Positions 32,457-47,541 are shown, numbered from the stretch's first letter. The stretch is 64,000 bases of DNA from the human T2T-CHM13v2.0 reference genome, Homo sapiens (GCF_009914755.1 NC_060939.1); one strand, 5' to 3'. Notes: generated by a model not told the origin, from the letters alone. Numbers and translations are program-made.

Positions 32457-33267
32457 TAGATCTGTGTTCTCTGGGAACGTGCATCAGTGGGCTGTGCTCG
32501 CAGGCTAGCCCTCTGCCCTCACCCTCCCGCCTGATCCTCAGGCCCTGCGGGGAGCCTCCGTGGCCTGGTATTCCTTCGGGTTCTCTTCTGGGGCCTTGTG
32601 CATGGGCGCCTTCCCTTCCCACAGTGGCTCCCCTTGGGCCACCCTCCCAAGTCTGACTGCCACCCGCCCCTCCCCACATACCTTTCCTGGTGTACCCTGC
32701 CCACTCTATCTCCACCTCAGCACTTCACTCCCTCCAGCGTGAAGCTCTGTGAGAACAAAGACCTGGCATCTCTTAAGTTTAGATTCCTCATATAGCCCTG
32801 TTTATATATCTTTTGACATAATTTCTTTTCTTTTCTTTTTTTTTTTTTTGGAGACGGAGTCTCGCTCTGTCACCCAGGCTGGAGTGCAGTGGCGCGATCT
32901 CAGCTCACTGCGAGTTCCGCCATTCTTCTGCCTCAGCCTCCTGAGTAGCCGGGGACTACAGGCGCCTGCCACCATGCCCGGCTAATTTTTTTTGTATTTT
33001 TAGTAGAGATGGGATTTCATCATGTTAGCCAGGATGGTCTTGATCTCCTGACCTCGTGATCCGCCCACCTCGCCCTTCCAAAGTGCTGGGATTACAGGCG
33101 TGAGCCACCATGCCCGTCCTTTTTTTATTTTGATAAATACACTAAAAACTACTATCTACATGATTACAACAGACTTAAAGTATAGATTTCACTTTAAGTA
33201 GACCACCCTGTGTTGCTTACCAACAAGTTTAGGCAGGTTCCAGCACAAAACTGCCTCCACATCAGTT

Positions 33268-33624
33268 TGCTGGTTTACATGTCCACACTCGCTGGTTTGC
33301 ATGTCCATACTCGCTGGTTTGCATGTCCACACTCCCTGGTTTTCATATCCACACTCGCTGGTTTTCTCGTCCACACTCACTGGTTTTGTCCACACTCGGT
33401 GGTCTGCATGTCCACACTCGCTGGTTTTCTTGTCCACACTCACTGGTTTTCTTGTCCACACTGGCTGGTTTGCATGTCCACACCCTGGTTTGCATGTCCA
33501 CACTCGCTGGTTTGCATGTTAACACCTAGTTTGCATGTCCACACTCACTGGTTTTCTTGTCCACACTCGCTGGTTTTCTTGTCCACACTCGCTGGTTTGC
33601 ATGTCCACACTTGCTGGTTTGCAT
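33268..33624. repeat. Minisatellite, ~16.5 x 22 bp, consensus GTCCACACTCGCTGGTTT(GCAT/TCTT)
   Basis: Units start at 33281, 33303, 33325, 33347, 33369, 33388, 33410, 33432, 33454, 33476, 33496, 33518, 33537, 33559, 33581 and 33603. Confidence 0.97.
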
Positions 33625-34555
33625 AGCCAGCAGTTCCCAGCCCTCTCAGGTCCATTTGTGATGTTGGAATGGATTTCATGGAAAACACAACCTCCTTATA
33701 CACACAAGTTCAAACCATCAATTTAATGCCCTAACTGTAATATAAAGGAGAAATACCAGGACAATACTTTAAAACAAAACATCCCTTTCAATATGTAAAT
33801 GCTCAGGTCCCACTATAAGAGAAGACCTATTGAAGCTGGCCGACCCCACACCTTGTGAGGAGTGGTTGAGAATCTGGTAGCTGCAGATATAGACTGACGT
33901 GGGGGTGTAATGTTATTGACTTGGACACTTGAGGTCTTGCTATCAACAAAATGATCCTCAGATGGAGCATAACTCTTAATGAAGTTTTGATCAAAGAACA
34001 ATCCTCCCTCAATTTACATGGAAGTGACATGTCTGAAAAATTCAGCATATATTAAATCCATGCAAAAATTACTTTGTTTCATACATAAAATAGTTTCTAG
34101 GCTCTGATTATTATAGGCATATTTTTCAGTTACAAGTCCGAGGAGACATTCAGCAGTTGTGACGAGAATGGGATGATTTTTGATGGGGGTGGGGGTTGCT
34201 GTCTGCACATGCCTCTGCCCACTGGATGCAGCCCCCAATCATTGCAAAACCCACAAACACCCCCACAGCTTAAAGGCCTCCCTCCTGTCCCCTGCCTTAC
34301 CCCTGCCCCCTGGATTCCCAGGTGCTTTTTTGAAACCTCGGAGCATCTCCATTCACTTGTATTGTTAAGAGAATGTTTCTAGGCCGGGCACAGTGGCTCA
34401 CGCCTGTAATCCCAACACTTTGGGAGGCCGAGGACGGCGGATCACCTAAGGTCAGGAGTTCGAGACCAGCCTGGCCAACATGGCGAAACCCCGTCTCTGC
34501 TAAAAATATAATAGCCAGGCGTGGTGGCGGGTGCTTATGTATTCCCAGCTACTCA

Positions 34556-34928
<373 letters not shown>

Positions 34929-35044
34929 TAGTGGAGAACAGGGTTTCACCAAGTTAGCCAGGATGGTATTGATCTCCTGATCGGCCCACCTCGGCCTCCC
35001 AAAGTGCTGGGATTACAGGTGTGAGCCATTGTGCCCTTCTGTAA

Positions 35045-35194
<150 letters not shown>

Positions 35195-35534
35195 TAATTT
35201 TTGTACTTTTAGTAGAGACGGGGTTTCACCATCTTGGCCAGGCTGGTCTTGAACTCCTGACCTCATGATCCACCTGCCTTGGCCCCCCAAAGTGCTGGGA
35301 TTACAGGCATGAGCCACTGCGTCTGGCTAACCCGGCTGTAAATGTTTTAACAGTGAAAATGATGGGAATACTTTTGTGGAATGAAATCAGTGGGTCTGGT
35401 AAATTCAAGCCAGAGCCCACATGCTCCCCAGGGCTGTGCCGCAGTAGAGGCCGGTGGCGGGTGGCGGGTGGGGGCCCGGGTGCTGCCCCAGTCCACCTCC
35501 TGGGTTGCGGCTGCTAGGCGGTGGCTCTGGGTGA

Positions 35535-36068
<534 letters not shown>

Positions 36069-39000
36069 ATTGCAATAGGAGCTTGGATGGTTCGAGGAAT
36101 AGGCATTGGAGGTGGTTTCTGGCCGTGATTGGATGTGAAGTAGAAGAGGTCCTCGATCATGGTGTTAGAATTGACTGGATAGTAACAGGTGGTCTGGTGG
36201 ATAGCGGGGAGCATGGCTCAGCACCAGAGCAGAGGCCCAGCCAGCCCTCTGCAGCCCAAACGTCCCCAACGGTTGCCTGGCACCATCTCTCTCTGATGAG
36301 ACGAATCTCATTTTCATTTCCATTAACCTGGAAGCTTTCATGAATATTCTCTTCCTTTAAAACATTTTAACATTATTTAAACAGAAAAAGATGGGCTCTT
36401 TCTGGTTAGTTGTTACATGATAGCAGAGATATTTTTACTTAGATTACTTTGGGAATGAGAGATTGTTGTCTTGAACTCTGGCACTGTACAGTGAATGTGT
36501 CTGTAGTTGTGTTAGTTTGCATTAAGCATGTATAACATTCAAGTATGTCATCCAAATAAGAGGCATATACATTGAATTGTTTTTAATCCTCTGACAAGTT
36601 GACTCTTCGACCCCCACCCCCACCCAAGACATTTTAATAGTAAATAGAGAGAGAGAGAAGAGTTAATGAACATGAGGTAGTGTTCCACTGGCAGGATGAC
36701 TTTTCAATAGCTCAAATCAATTTCAGTGCCTTTATCACTTGAATTATTAACTTAATTTGACTCTTAATGTGTATATGTTCTTAGATTAGAATAATGCAAC
36801 TTCGAGTATGCTTTAATATTTCAATATTCAAGTTACAAATGTATAAGGCAGTTAGAAATAATACAGTCACATGTCACTTAATGATAGGGAAACATTCTGA
36901 GAAATGCATTGTAAGGTGACTTTATTGTGTGAACATCATGGAGTGCACTTATACAAACCTAGATGGGACACCTATGACCCACCCAGGCCAGATGGTACAG
37001 CCTGTTGCTCCTGGGCCACACACCTGTACAGCATGTGACTGCACTGAATACCGCAGGCAATTGTAACACAGTGGTGAGTATTTGTGTTTACAAACATAGG
37101 AAAGGTACAGTAAAACTATGGTATTACAATGTTATGGGACCACCGTCATGTAAGTGGTATGTCTTTGACAGAAACATGGTTACGTGGTTCATGACTGTAT
37201 ATTCACTGGAAGATAGTCAAGACTAAAGACACATTAGAGCAAATTGACCCCTTTAACATGTGATTATTGTCCAATTAAAGACAGTTGATTTAAGTAGCAT
37301 GAGGTATTATTTTATTTGTATTCGATCTGTGTTACCTGGGATCCAGTATCAAATATATCCACATTCTTTATCAGCAAGCATTCATGGCCATTCAGAAGAA
37401 ATAAATTAGGTAACTTGATAATAAGGCTAAGTGGGAGAGTACCTGTTCAATAGCTCATATATCGAGTACCCTGTCATACAGGAACAAGTTAAAGGACACA
37501 ATTGAGGTTAGGCTAGCTTCTACAAATTGCAATATGCAGTTTTTGAAAGATTTTCTAACAAAAAGCCAATAAATGTAGCCATCTCCTTGTTGTTTGCAAT
37601 GGCAGAGCATCCTAGAGTTCCTCAGCTAACCTCTCATTATGTGTCTTAAATGCAAAAGAGCCATTAATTATGCCAGTATTTGAATCAAAGAGGTCATTCT
37701 CTGTCTATAGTGTTCCCATCCATGTGTTCCAAATGGGAGCATAGCATGAAGTGATGCACATATTTCACCACGGTATCATGTACTTCATGGCCAGTGTTTT
37801 ATCTCAGCAGGGAACTACGCCAAGTTGAAAGATGGGGTTGGGTAAAGTAGATTAGGTGAAGTAGAACATAAAATTGAATAGTACCCAATTAAAGTTCCTC
37901 AGTAAGAAAAAAAAATGTGTTTTTGTAGGCAAAAAGAACATTTCTAAAGTCTCAAGGAATAGCTTCCTAAAGTGTTGAGTAAAGAGGCTAAATAAGATGA
38001 GACTAGTTTAATATAGAGAGAAAAATACCTTTATGGAGTAAAAGTGTACGTGATGATCATGGGTTGTCAGTGATTTGTGAACTGAGAGCAGCAACAACAT
38101 TATTTTTTAAAAATCTTAAATCCTCTCTTAATGGATGGTTAACAAATGCTCAAAGTCCATTACTCTTTTTATTGGCTCTTGCAGGTTTTGTGTTTTATCA
38201 TCAGTGCTTTTAGAAATGCAGGCCTTAACTTACTGAACTGAACTTTCTGAAAACGTAATGTAGCAGTATCAATATACTTTTGGGCATAAAAATAGTTTCC
38301 TAGGTAAGGGGTGTGAGATATTCAAAGAATACATGTGGCTAACAAGTGTAATGAGAAAGTTCATGTGTCACATGAAAATGATCATGTTTGTGTTGCTACA
38401 GCTTTTGTGGGAAATTTAGTTTAAAGGCAGCTCTTGGTGTACCTTAGTATATTTTAATCCACAATTATACCATTGATACTGAGAGGTGATACCCGATGAT
38501 CTTCTCTATAATATTCTTAGAGTAAAACAAAATCTCAAAAGTATTAATAGCTCTTCTACCCTTGAAGGTGACTGGTCCTGGGACAGTTAGAATCTTTCAG
38601 GTTTACCTCTGTTCAGCAGATACTTCAGTAGGATACATAGCTTTTCTTCCAGTGAAACAAAGTTCATATCATCCATTGTTTTTCAAGCACGTGACACCAG
38701 CCTCAAAGTAAATGACATGACCAGTGGTTGAACAGTCTAATTTTCAAATTTAATATAGAGCATATAACTTCTGATTTGATAGTATTTATTTTAAAAAATT
38801 ATGTTTTCATCATTCATTTGAAAATGAAAAAGCCCCAAAGTGAGAACTTTGGGGGAGGGCCTAGAACATGGATAGATCTCTTAGTGGTCTTTCCAAAAGT
38901 ACATGTACTTGAAATATTTTCATTATCATACTATTCTTTGAAAAAAAAGATGCTTACTGTATACTTGTTTTCAAGCATCCTCTAAAATCAAAGGTTTTGA

Positions 39001-41620
39001 TCACAATATGCAGATTTCTCTTGATAGATACTTAAATAGGCTATTTCTCTCCTCTTCTTGGGCAATGCCTTGTTTTCTCCTCTGAATATTTGCATTTGAA
39101 AGGATTGCTTCCTGTTCTGCTCATTGATCAAAGGTAGGGCCAATTAAGGATTCTAACCCTAACCCAGCACCACAAAGCCCCCCTGGAGCATCTTCCCGGC
39201 TGGCAGGACCATGCCATCTCTGTGGAGAAGGTGCTGGGGAGGGAAGTCCTTCCAGTGCCACATGGAGTGAGGCCCTGCCCATGCTGGGGACTTTGGGGAG
39301 GAATTTGGTATTCTGGTGGCCTTGCTCAGCTCTCATTGAGATCTTTTCCTATCAGAATGTTAGTGAATATACTTCGCAGCTCTTTGTTCAGCAATAAGGA
39401 ATATTCTTTCAATTCCTGCTCTTCAAGCCAATTTACTACACCCAGTTGTCTTTCCAGAAGTTCATCCCAGCGGTAATATGTTGGTGTTTGTTCTTCTTTG
39501 GATTTCACATCTGTTTTCTGGTAGAAGTGAGCACTGTTCACTTGTGCAGTCGTCTTATTTTCCTTCTTCCTAGATGACTCAGCTCTTTGTAAATGTTGTG
39601 CTCAACTTCTAGGGGCCAGTTCTAGACTTTGGAGATGCAGTGTCTCCCAGGTGTGCACGGACACCTGGTCCGTGGAAACAGGTGTGATGGGCACAGGCTG
39701 CTGCCCTTCTGTCTGGTCGGGGGATTCCTCTTCTTCAAGCTGCTCAGCTAACCCAGAAGAGGGGAGAGAGTACTCCGGTGGTTCCCAGAGCCCCTCCCGT
39801 TGTGCCGCTTCGACCTGACACCTGCTCGATGCTGACTTAGGCTTCCTGCCACCAAGCAGGAAACTAGAAAGAGAACATTTCAGTGTAAGGTCTGTTCCCG
39901 ACAGCATGGATTAGCTTCCGTGTTCTGAAGTTGTTCTTTTCATGGTGTCTGACACCGAGGGCGTTGTTCGTCCATCAGGCGGGATTGGATGGAGTCTTGG
40001 TGTTTTGCCTTCTCAGGGACCAAAAATGTATCATTGACTCCTTAACAGTGACCTTCCTCCCAAGGACATATCCGTGTTCATTTTTCATAGGTTTTACTCA
40101 TATTCATAGGTAGATTCTGTTAATGTGAGTTGGAAAGAAAAGACCAATTTGTACACCAGTCACACCACAAGACAGTTTATCATATAAAATACCTCAATTT
40201 TTTGTATTCCTCATTTCCACCTCACAATTGTACTGGTGATGAATTTTAAGGGTCTGTCCTTTAGCTTATAGGTGATGTTTCACATCTGGCCAGATTCTTA
40301 TACCTCCATTGTATACTTGAAAAGGTTCAGAATTACAGGAACAGCAGTGAGAATTTGGCCCACTACCACGACTCATTTGTTTCATTCACATTCCTCACGT
40401 GCAACAACATAATTATATTTTAAGAAAATGTAACTTTGTTACATCAAAATATGTTGTCTAGTAAAAAGTTGATATTCAGTAGAACAAGGATCATGTAAAT
40501 AAACATCTATTTCACATGTACCCAAAAGCATTTAAAAAGCAGAATCCAGGGCCCAGAGCATGAGCCAGGGAGGAGGATGTTTTTCTTCTTTTCTCTATTT
40601 TTCCCTAAATTGTGCAAACATAGGTGAGTCTCTTAACCTTTCTGTGCCTCAGTTTTTCTACCTCTAAAGGGGTGGGATGGTTCTTCAAATTGTTTCTAAA
40701 ACACCGGCACTTTCAGCAGTGTTCTGGTGGCCTGAGATGAGAGCACCGTGTTCAGAAGTGCCTGGGAGTGGCACAGTGGAAACTCCGCTTGCACGGACCA
40801 TGGAGTCTGCTCAGGACCATGCTGTAGGACACACAGCCTCATGCGCTGAGAAAGCAAAGGAAGTGCTGGGTGTAAAGTTTGCATGATTCCATGAAGCTTT
40901 AGTTTTCCTTTTTTTGTTTTAAAAGAAAGGGTTTTATATGTTCTATTGTAAAATATGGAAATTAAACAGGGACTTCAGAAAGCCGCACAGAAAGATCACC
41001 TTCTGATGGTGTGATGTGCTCCTGACATTCGGCCGAGGTCTGTATTCTGAAAAAGATTTAATGGCCTGTGAAACACGTGGATTCTGTTGCACTGGATTTG
41101 TAATAAATGACGCTGAACTTCCTGCTTCCAAGCAGCTCAACCCTGATGCTGAACTGACACCAGGCGAATGTCAGGGCTCCCAAACCACTAGTGCCAAAGG
41201 GTCATGTTGAAAAGTTCAGAATATTTATTTGTCAGAATATAATAATTGCCCCCCACCTTAGTATTTTTGCACTTTACAGAAATTTAGATACTGTTTTTCA
41301 GTGGCTTGAGCGTTTTGCCTTTTCAAAGGATAACTATTATTTTCTTGAAAATGGAATATAATCATGAGAGGAAGAAGATGTAAAAAATGTCAAATGTTGA
41401 TTGGTTGTGTAAAAGTTTTGTCATAGACATGTATTGGGGAGCTTCCAATTAGCATACATAGACACATGTGTCAGTGGCCAAGACCTGCTTATATTTTGCT
41501 TTATAGATGTAGTCATAGCATGTTGTTATTGCCTCATGTAAATAAAAAGGCTATTAAGTTTTCCAGTAATATTTATTAATCTGTATGTGTTTTAAAATAA
41601 AATAACTTATTTCTAGCTGA
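36069..41620 (+). other. NIPA1: NIPA1 long 3' UTR (~5.5 kb; 3' end approximate)
   Basis: Alu-free AT-rich block after the stop, ending with AATAAA at 41541 and 41596 followed by a T/GT-rich tract. Length fits the long NIPA1 mRNA as I recall it. Confidence 0.8.
36864..37197 (-). mobile_element. Tigger3a-like (TcMar-Tigger) non-autonomous DNA transposon inside the NIPA1 3' UTR
   Basis: Ends CAGTCA...TGACTG flanked by TA on both sides. Internal sequence resembles the Tigger3a/MER7A consensus. Confidence 0.8.
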
Positions 41621-41645
41621 ACATTTGTTGATTTTTTTTTTTCCC
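41541..41645 (+). terminator. NIPA1: NIPA1 distal polyadenylation region
   Basis: AATAAA at 41541-41546 and 41596-41601, upstream TGTA motifs, downstream tttgttgattttttttt element. Confidence 0.75.
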
Positions 41646-42259
41646 TTTACTTGAAATGCTCATGTAGTCTCAGGTTCCAGATCATCCCAGTTCCTCCCAT
41701 TTTTCCTATTCTCTTTTTAGAAATGAGTAGCCTAGGCTGGGTGCAGTGGCTCATGCCTGTAATCGCAGCACTTTAGGGGGCTGAGGCGGGTGGGACACTT
41801 GAGGCCAGGAGTTTGAGACCAGCCTGGTCAACATGGTAAAACCCCATCTCTACTAAAAAATAACAAAAATTAGACAGGCATGGTGGTGCACATCTGTAGT
41901 CCCAGGTACTCAGCAGGCTGAAGCAGGAGAATCACTTGAACTTGGGAGGCAGAGGTTGCAGTGACCGAGATCACAGCACTGCACTCCAGCCTGGACAACA
42001 GAGCGAGACTCCATCTCAAAAAAAAAAAGACAGAAATGACTAGCCTCTAGATCTCTATAACAATGTAGAAAATGTCTACCTGTGGGCCAGGTGTGGTGGC
42101 TCACACCTGTAATCCCAGTGCTTTGGGAGGCTGAGGCGGGCGGATCACCTGAGGTCGGGAGTTTGAGAGTAGCCTGACCAACATGGAGAAACCCTGTCTC
42201 TGCTAAAAATACAAAATTAGCCAGAGGTGGTGGTGCATGCCTGTAATCCCAGCTACTCA

Positions 42260-42364
<105 letters not shown>

Positions 42365-42456
42365 TCAAAAACAAAACAAAACAAAACAAAAAAGGCCAGG
42401 TGCGGTGGCTCACGCCTATAATCCCAGCACTTCAGGAGGCCAAGGCAGGCAGATCA

Positions 42457-42705
<249 letters not shown>

Positions 42706-43746
42706 CTACCTGTGCATCTACCTTAGGGAGCAAATCCATGATGTATGCAGAAATTCCCTGTCCTGCGACTGTCTCTTGATCCAATGAAGTGATAGTATTA
42801 AATAAAACCAGCTCTATTTTAATATGTTAGTACCTTTGACATGTTTTTGAGTTGTATAACATATCATTTTACATTTTTAGCCCATAGAAAATGAGACAAT
42901 TATAACGCATTTTCATACTTCAAGCATCATTAGAAATCTTGTTGCTGATCTTCTTTAGTGTCCTATAATTTTCTTTGTTTTGGTTTTTTTTTTTTTTTTG
43001 AGAGACAGGGTCTCACTCTCTTACAGTCATAGCTCACTGCAGCCTCAAACTGCTGGGCTCAAGCGACCCTCCTGCGTCAGCCTCCCCGGTAGCTAGGACT
43101 ACAGGCCTGTGCCTCCACACCTGGGTAATTTTTTAATTTTTTTGTAGAGACAGGGTCTAGTTATGTTGCTCAGACTGGTGTCCTATAAGTTATTTTATCA
43201 AATGAGAAAAAATGAGTAAGATTTTTTTCTTAGTCTCTATCCCAAAAGATTTAATTATTCACATTTTGATCAAAGTATACTTATACAGAAAACAAGAACA
43301 AACATTTTATGAAATCACCAAATGCATCTATGGATAACTCCAGATAGGTTTTTGGGGCTGTGAAGTGTATTAATGCCAAATTCTGCTGTCATTGAACAAA
43401 AGCTTGCATTGGTTGGTTACTACTATAGAGTAGTTTGTGCTGGCTGCTAGCCAAGCCTTCCCTGCAAGGGACTTGTTCTAGAATTTCTGTGTTGCTTAGT
43501 TACATCCATCCCATCCATCTGATGACCCTTCGTTTTGACATTGTCAGCATGTTTGTTGTAGTATTAGTCACACTTACTTGTTCACCATTAGTTTGAATCT
43601 CACATGATAGTTTTAAAAAGGTTTTTAGTTGGAGAGGTGAGACACAGACAAGAAACAGATATAAAAGATCTAGGTACCTCTGCAGCCAGGCACAGTGGCT
43701 CACGCCTGTAATCCCAGCACTTTCGGAGGCCAAGGCCGGTGGATTA

Positions 43747-44115
<369 letters not shown>

Positions 44116-44253
44116 TCACTGAGATGATGGACCAGAGGGTGGAGAGAAGGTCAGACCAGGTTGCTCATCTATAACACTGAATCTGTTTTATTTTTGACAA
44201 AGACATTGGGGGGATCCCAGCATCTTCTCCTTCCCTTAATTTGGCATACTTAT

Positions 44254-44735
44254 TGTGTTAGTTTTTTATTACGGCTCTTCACAAGTTACATACCTTGTAG
44301 CTTAAAACAACACACGCGTATCATCTTACAATTCTGGAGGTTAGAAGTTCCACACAAGCTTTGCTGGGCTAAAATCAAGGTGCAGACAGGATTACTTCCC
44401 TCTGGAGGCTCCTGGGAAGAGTCTCATCCCTGCTCTTTTGGTTTCTAGAGGCCGCCTTTGTATCTTGCCTCGTGGCTCCTTCCTCCATCTTTGAAGCCAG
44501 CAATGTCATCTCTCTCGCCACTCATCCATCATCATAGCTTACTCTCTGACTCTGACACTCCTGTCACCCTCTTGGAAGGACCTTCATGACTGCTTTGGGC
44601 CCACATGGACAATCCAGGGTCAGCTCCCTCTCTCAAGATCCTTAGTTGCCTCTGCAGAGCCCCTTTTGCCATGGAAGGTGGCACAGTCACAGGTTACAAG
44701 GTGAGGACGTGGATATCTTTGGGCTTTCTGCTTAC
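44254..44735. mobile_element. MLT1 (ERVL-MaLR) LTR
   Basis: cttaaaacaacac...ttctggagg..agaagt...aaatcaaggtg...ttccctctggaggctc pattern. Confidence 0.65.
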
Positions 44736-44993
44736 CACATCCACTTACCATTTTACCAAGTGAGGCAGTTCACAAAAGCCAACTCCTGGCTTTTAATCAC
44801 TATCCCACTGTTCTACCTCAATTCACCTTGAGTTATTCCTATATTTTTCAGAAAGTTTCTCCCTGCTCACCCCCAACAAATGTTTTGGAAAATGCCCTAC
44901 TACATTTGTAGGTCATTGATGGCCTTGAATAAACCAAATAATATTAATTGAAAAGTATTCATATAATAGAAATGCTTTAAAATGGCAGGGAAT

Positions 44994-46067
44994 TATTGGG
45001 GAACCTGCCCCGATAGTCACGTAGGTTCTTTTCTATTTTCCCTAAGCATCAGCCGGTTTGAGAAATAAAGGGACAGAGTACAAAAGGGAGAAATTTTAAA
45101 GCTGGGCGTCCGGGGGAGACATCACATGTTAGTAGGTTTTGTGATGCCCCCCAAGCCACAAAACCAGCAAGTTTTTATTAGGGACTTTCAAAAGGGGAGG
45201 GAGTGTGCGAATAGGTGTGGGTCACAGACATCAAGTACTTTACAAGGTAATAGAATATCACAAGGCAAATGGAGGCAGGGCGAGATCACAGGACCACAGG
45301 ACGGGGCAAAATTAAAATTGCTAATGAAGTTTCGGGCACCATTGTCATTGATAACATCAGGAGACAGGGTTTTGAGAGCAACCGGTCTGACCAAAATTTA
45401 TTAGGCAGGAATTTCTTCTTCCTAATAAGCCTGGGAGCACTATGGGAGACTGGGGTCTGTTTCACCCCTGCAGTCTACAGACCATAAAAGACGGCCATGC
45501 CCAGGGGGGCCAGTTTAGAGACCCACCCCCAGGCATGTATTCTCTTTCCCAGGGATGTTCCTTGCTGAGAAAAAGAATTCAGCGATATTTCTCCCATTTG
45601 CTTTTGAAAGAAGAGAAATATGGCTCTGTTCTGCCGGGCTCACTGGTGGTCAGAGTTTAAGGTTAGCTCTCTTATTCCCTGAACAATTGCTGTTATCCTG
45701 TTCTTTTTTCAAGGTGCCCAGATTTCATATTGTTCAAACACACATGCTCTACAATTTGTGCAGTTAACTCAATTATCACATGGTCCTGAGGCGACATACG
45801 TCCTCCTCGGTTTACGAGATGACAGGATTAAGAGATTAAAGTAAAGACAGGCATAGGAAATCACAAGAATATTGATTGGGGAAGTGATAAGTGTCCATGA
45901 AATCTTCACAATTTATGTTTAGAGATTGCAGTAAAGACAAGCATAAGAAATTATAAAAGTATTAATTTGGGGAACTAATAAATGTCCATGAAATCTTCAC
46001 AATCCACGTTCTTCTGCCATGGCTTCAGTCGGTCCCTCCCTTTGGGGGTCCCTGACTTCCCGCAACA
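44994..46067 (-). mobile_element. Full-length solo LTR, MER11 family (HERV-K11/HML-8 LTR; probably MER11C)
   Basis: Minus strand begins TGTTGCGGGAAGTCAGGGACCCC. Length 1074 bp, 6-bp TSD GGGAAT (44988-44993 and 46068-46073), internal ~90-bp duplication (45841/45931), minus-strand AATAAA at 45174-45179. Confidence 0.88.
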
Positions 46068-46670
46068 GGGAATGCCACTATTCATTTTGGAAGGACAAAG
46101 GGCAATTTTAACTAGTGATAGGGGTTGAGGTAAAGAAAAAATGATCATCTGCTTTGCTGTTTTGATGCTTCTGTTGTAACAAAACCAAAACATACAAGAG
46201 TAATTGGGGAACAATTTATACATAAGAAAACTATTTGATTTCCTAATACATGATTTTTAAAAATACTGTTTTAAAGCTGTTGAAGTCTTGTCATTGTTAC
46301 AGAAGCACAGGCCAGACTTCTTGCTTCTGTGCCTCTGTAACAATGACAAGATTTCAACAGCTTTATTGGGGTATAATTGACATATAATAAACTGCACATA
46401 TATAAAATGTGTGATTTGGTAAGTTTTGACAAGTGTCTTATGATGAAAACATTGCCATAAACAAAACACCGAACATCCCCATCACACCAAAGTTTCTTTT
46501 TGACCCACTGTAATCCCTTCACCCTCCTTGCCTCCTCTACTCCTAGGGGCCCACTCATCTGCTTTCTGTAACTATACATGGGCTTCCATTTCCTAGGCTT
46601 TTATATAAATGTGATCGTTGAGTACACACTGTTTTTTTGGTCTGCTTGTTTCACTTACTAATTATTTTGA

Positions 46671-46889
<219 letters not shown>

Positions 46890-47541
46890 TAATTTTTGTA
46901 ATTTTAGTAGAGACGGGGTTTCACCGTGTTAGCCGGGATGGTCTCAATCTCCTAACCTCGTGATCCGCCCATCTCGGCCTCCCAAAGGGCTGGGATTACA
47001 GGTGTGAGCCACCGCACCCGGCCTGCAAGTATTTTTATGGATACATTTCTGTTGAGTAAATACTCAGGAGTAGAACTGCCAGGTCATTTGGTCGGTGTAT
47101 GTTTAACTTTTTAAGAAACTGTCAACCAATTTTCCAAGGAAATTGTCCCATTTTACAATTCCACCAGTAGTGTATGAGAAGGAGTTAGAGTTTTAAAACC
47201 TTAAAAATATCTCATGACAACTGCTTGAACACTCAGAGTATACAAGATGTACAACATCACGGGCTGGAGAAGTGATGTGGGCATGTAAGAAGCCTGCAGC
47301 ATATTAGCAAGGTATATATAGACTTATAAAGACAATGCACTGTGCAGTGTCGGGGGAGGTGTCCGGTGGGAGGTCCAGATAATGACAGAAAGCTGATTAG
47401 ATGAGGTGGAGCTCCAGCTGGCAGAAAGGAGTGACAAGCAAATTAGGTTGTCACTCCTTAGGTTAAATTAACATATCGACACCTAAGCATTCCTGTTCAT
47501 ATGAACAAACCACTACTTTATTACTCATCTGCCTCCTAGAG

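Noticed and set aside
33189-33726. Repetitive Cys/His-rich ORFs (CPHSLV..., VHTRW...) and a CRISPR-like look
   Set aside because: Products of the 22-bp minisatellite. Units are directly tandem with no unique spacers, and the DNA is eukaryotic with no cas genes.
39153-39165. CTAACCCTAACCC telomere-like motif
   Set aside because: Only two units; expected by chance.
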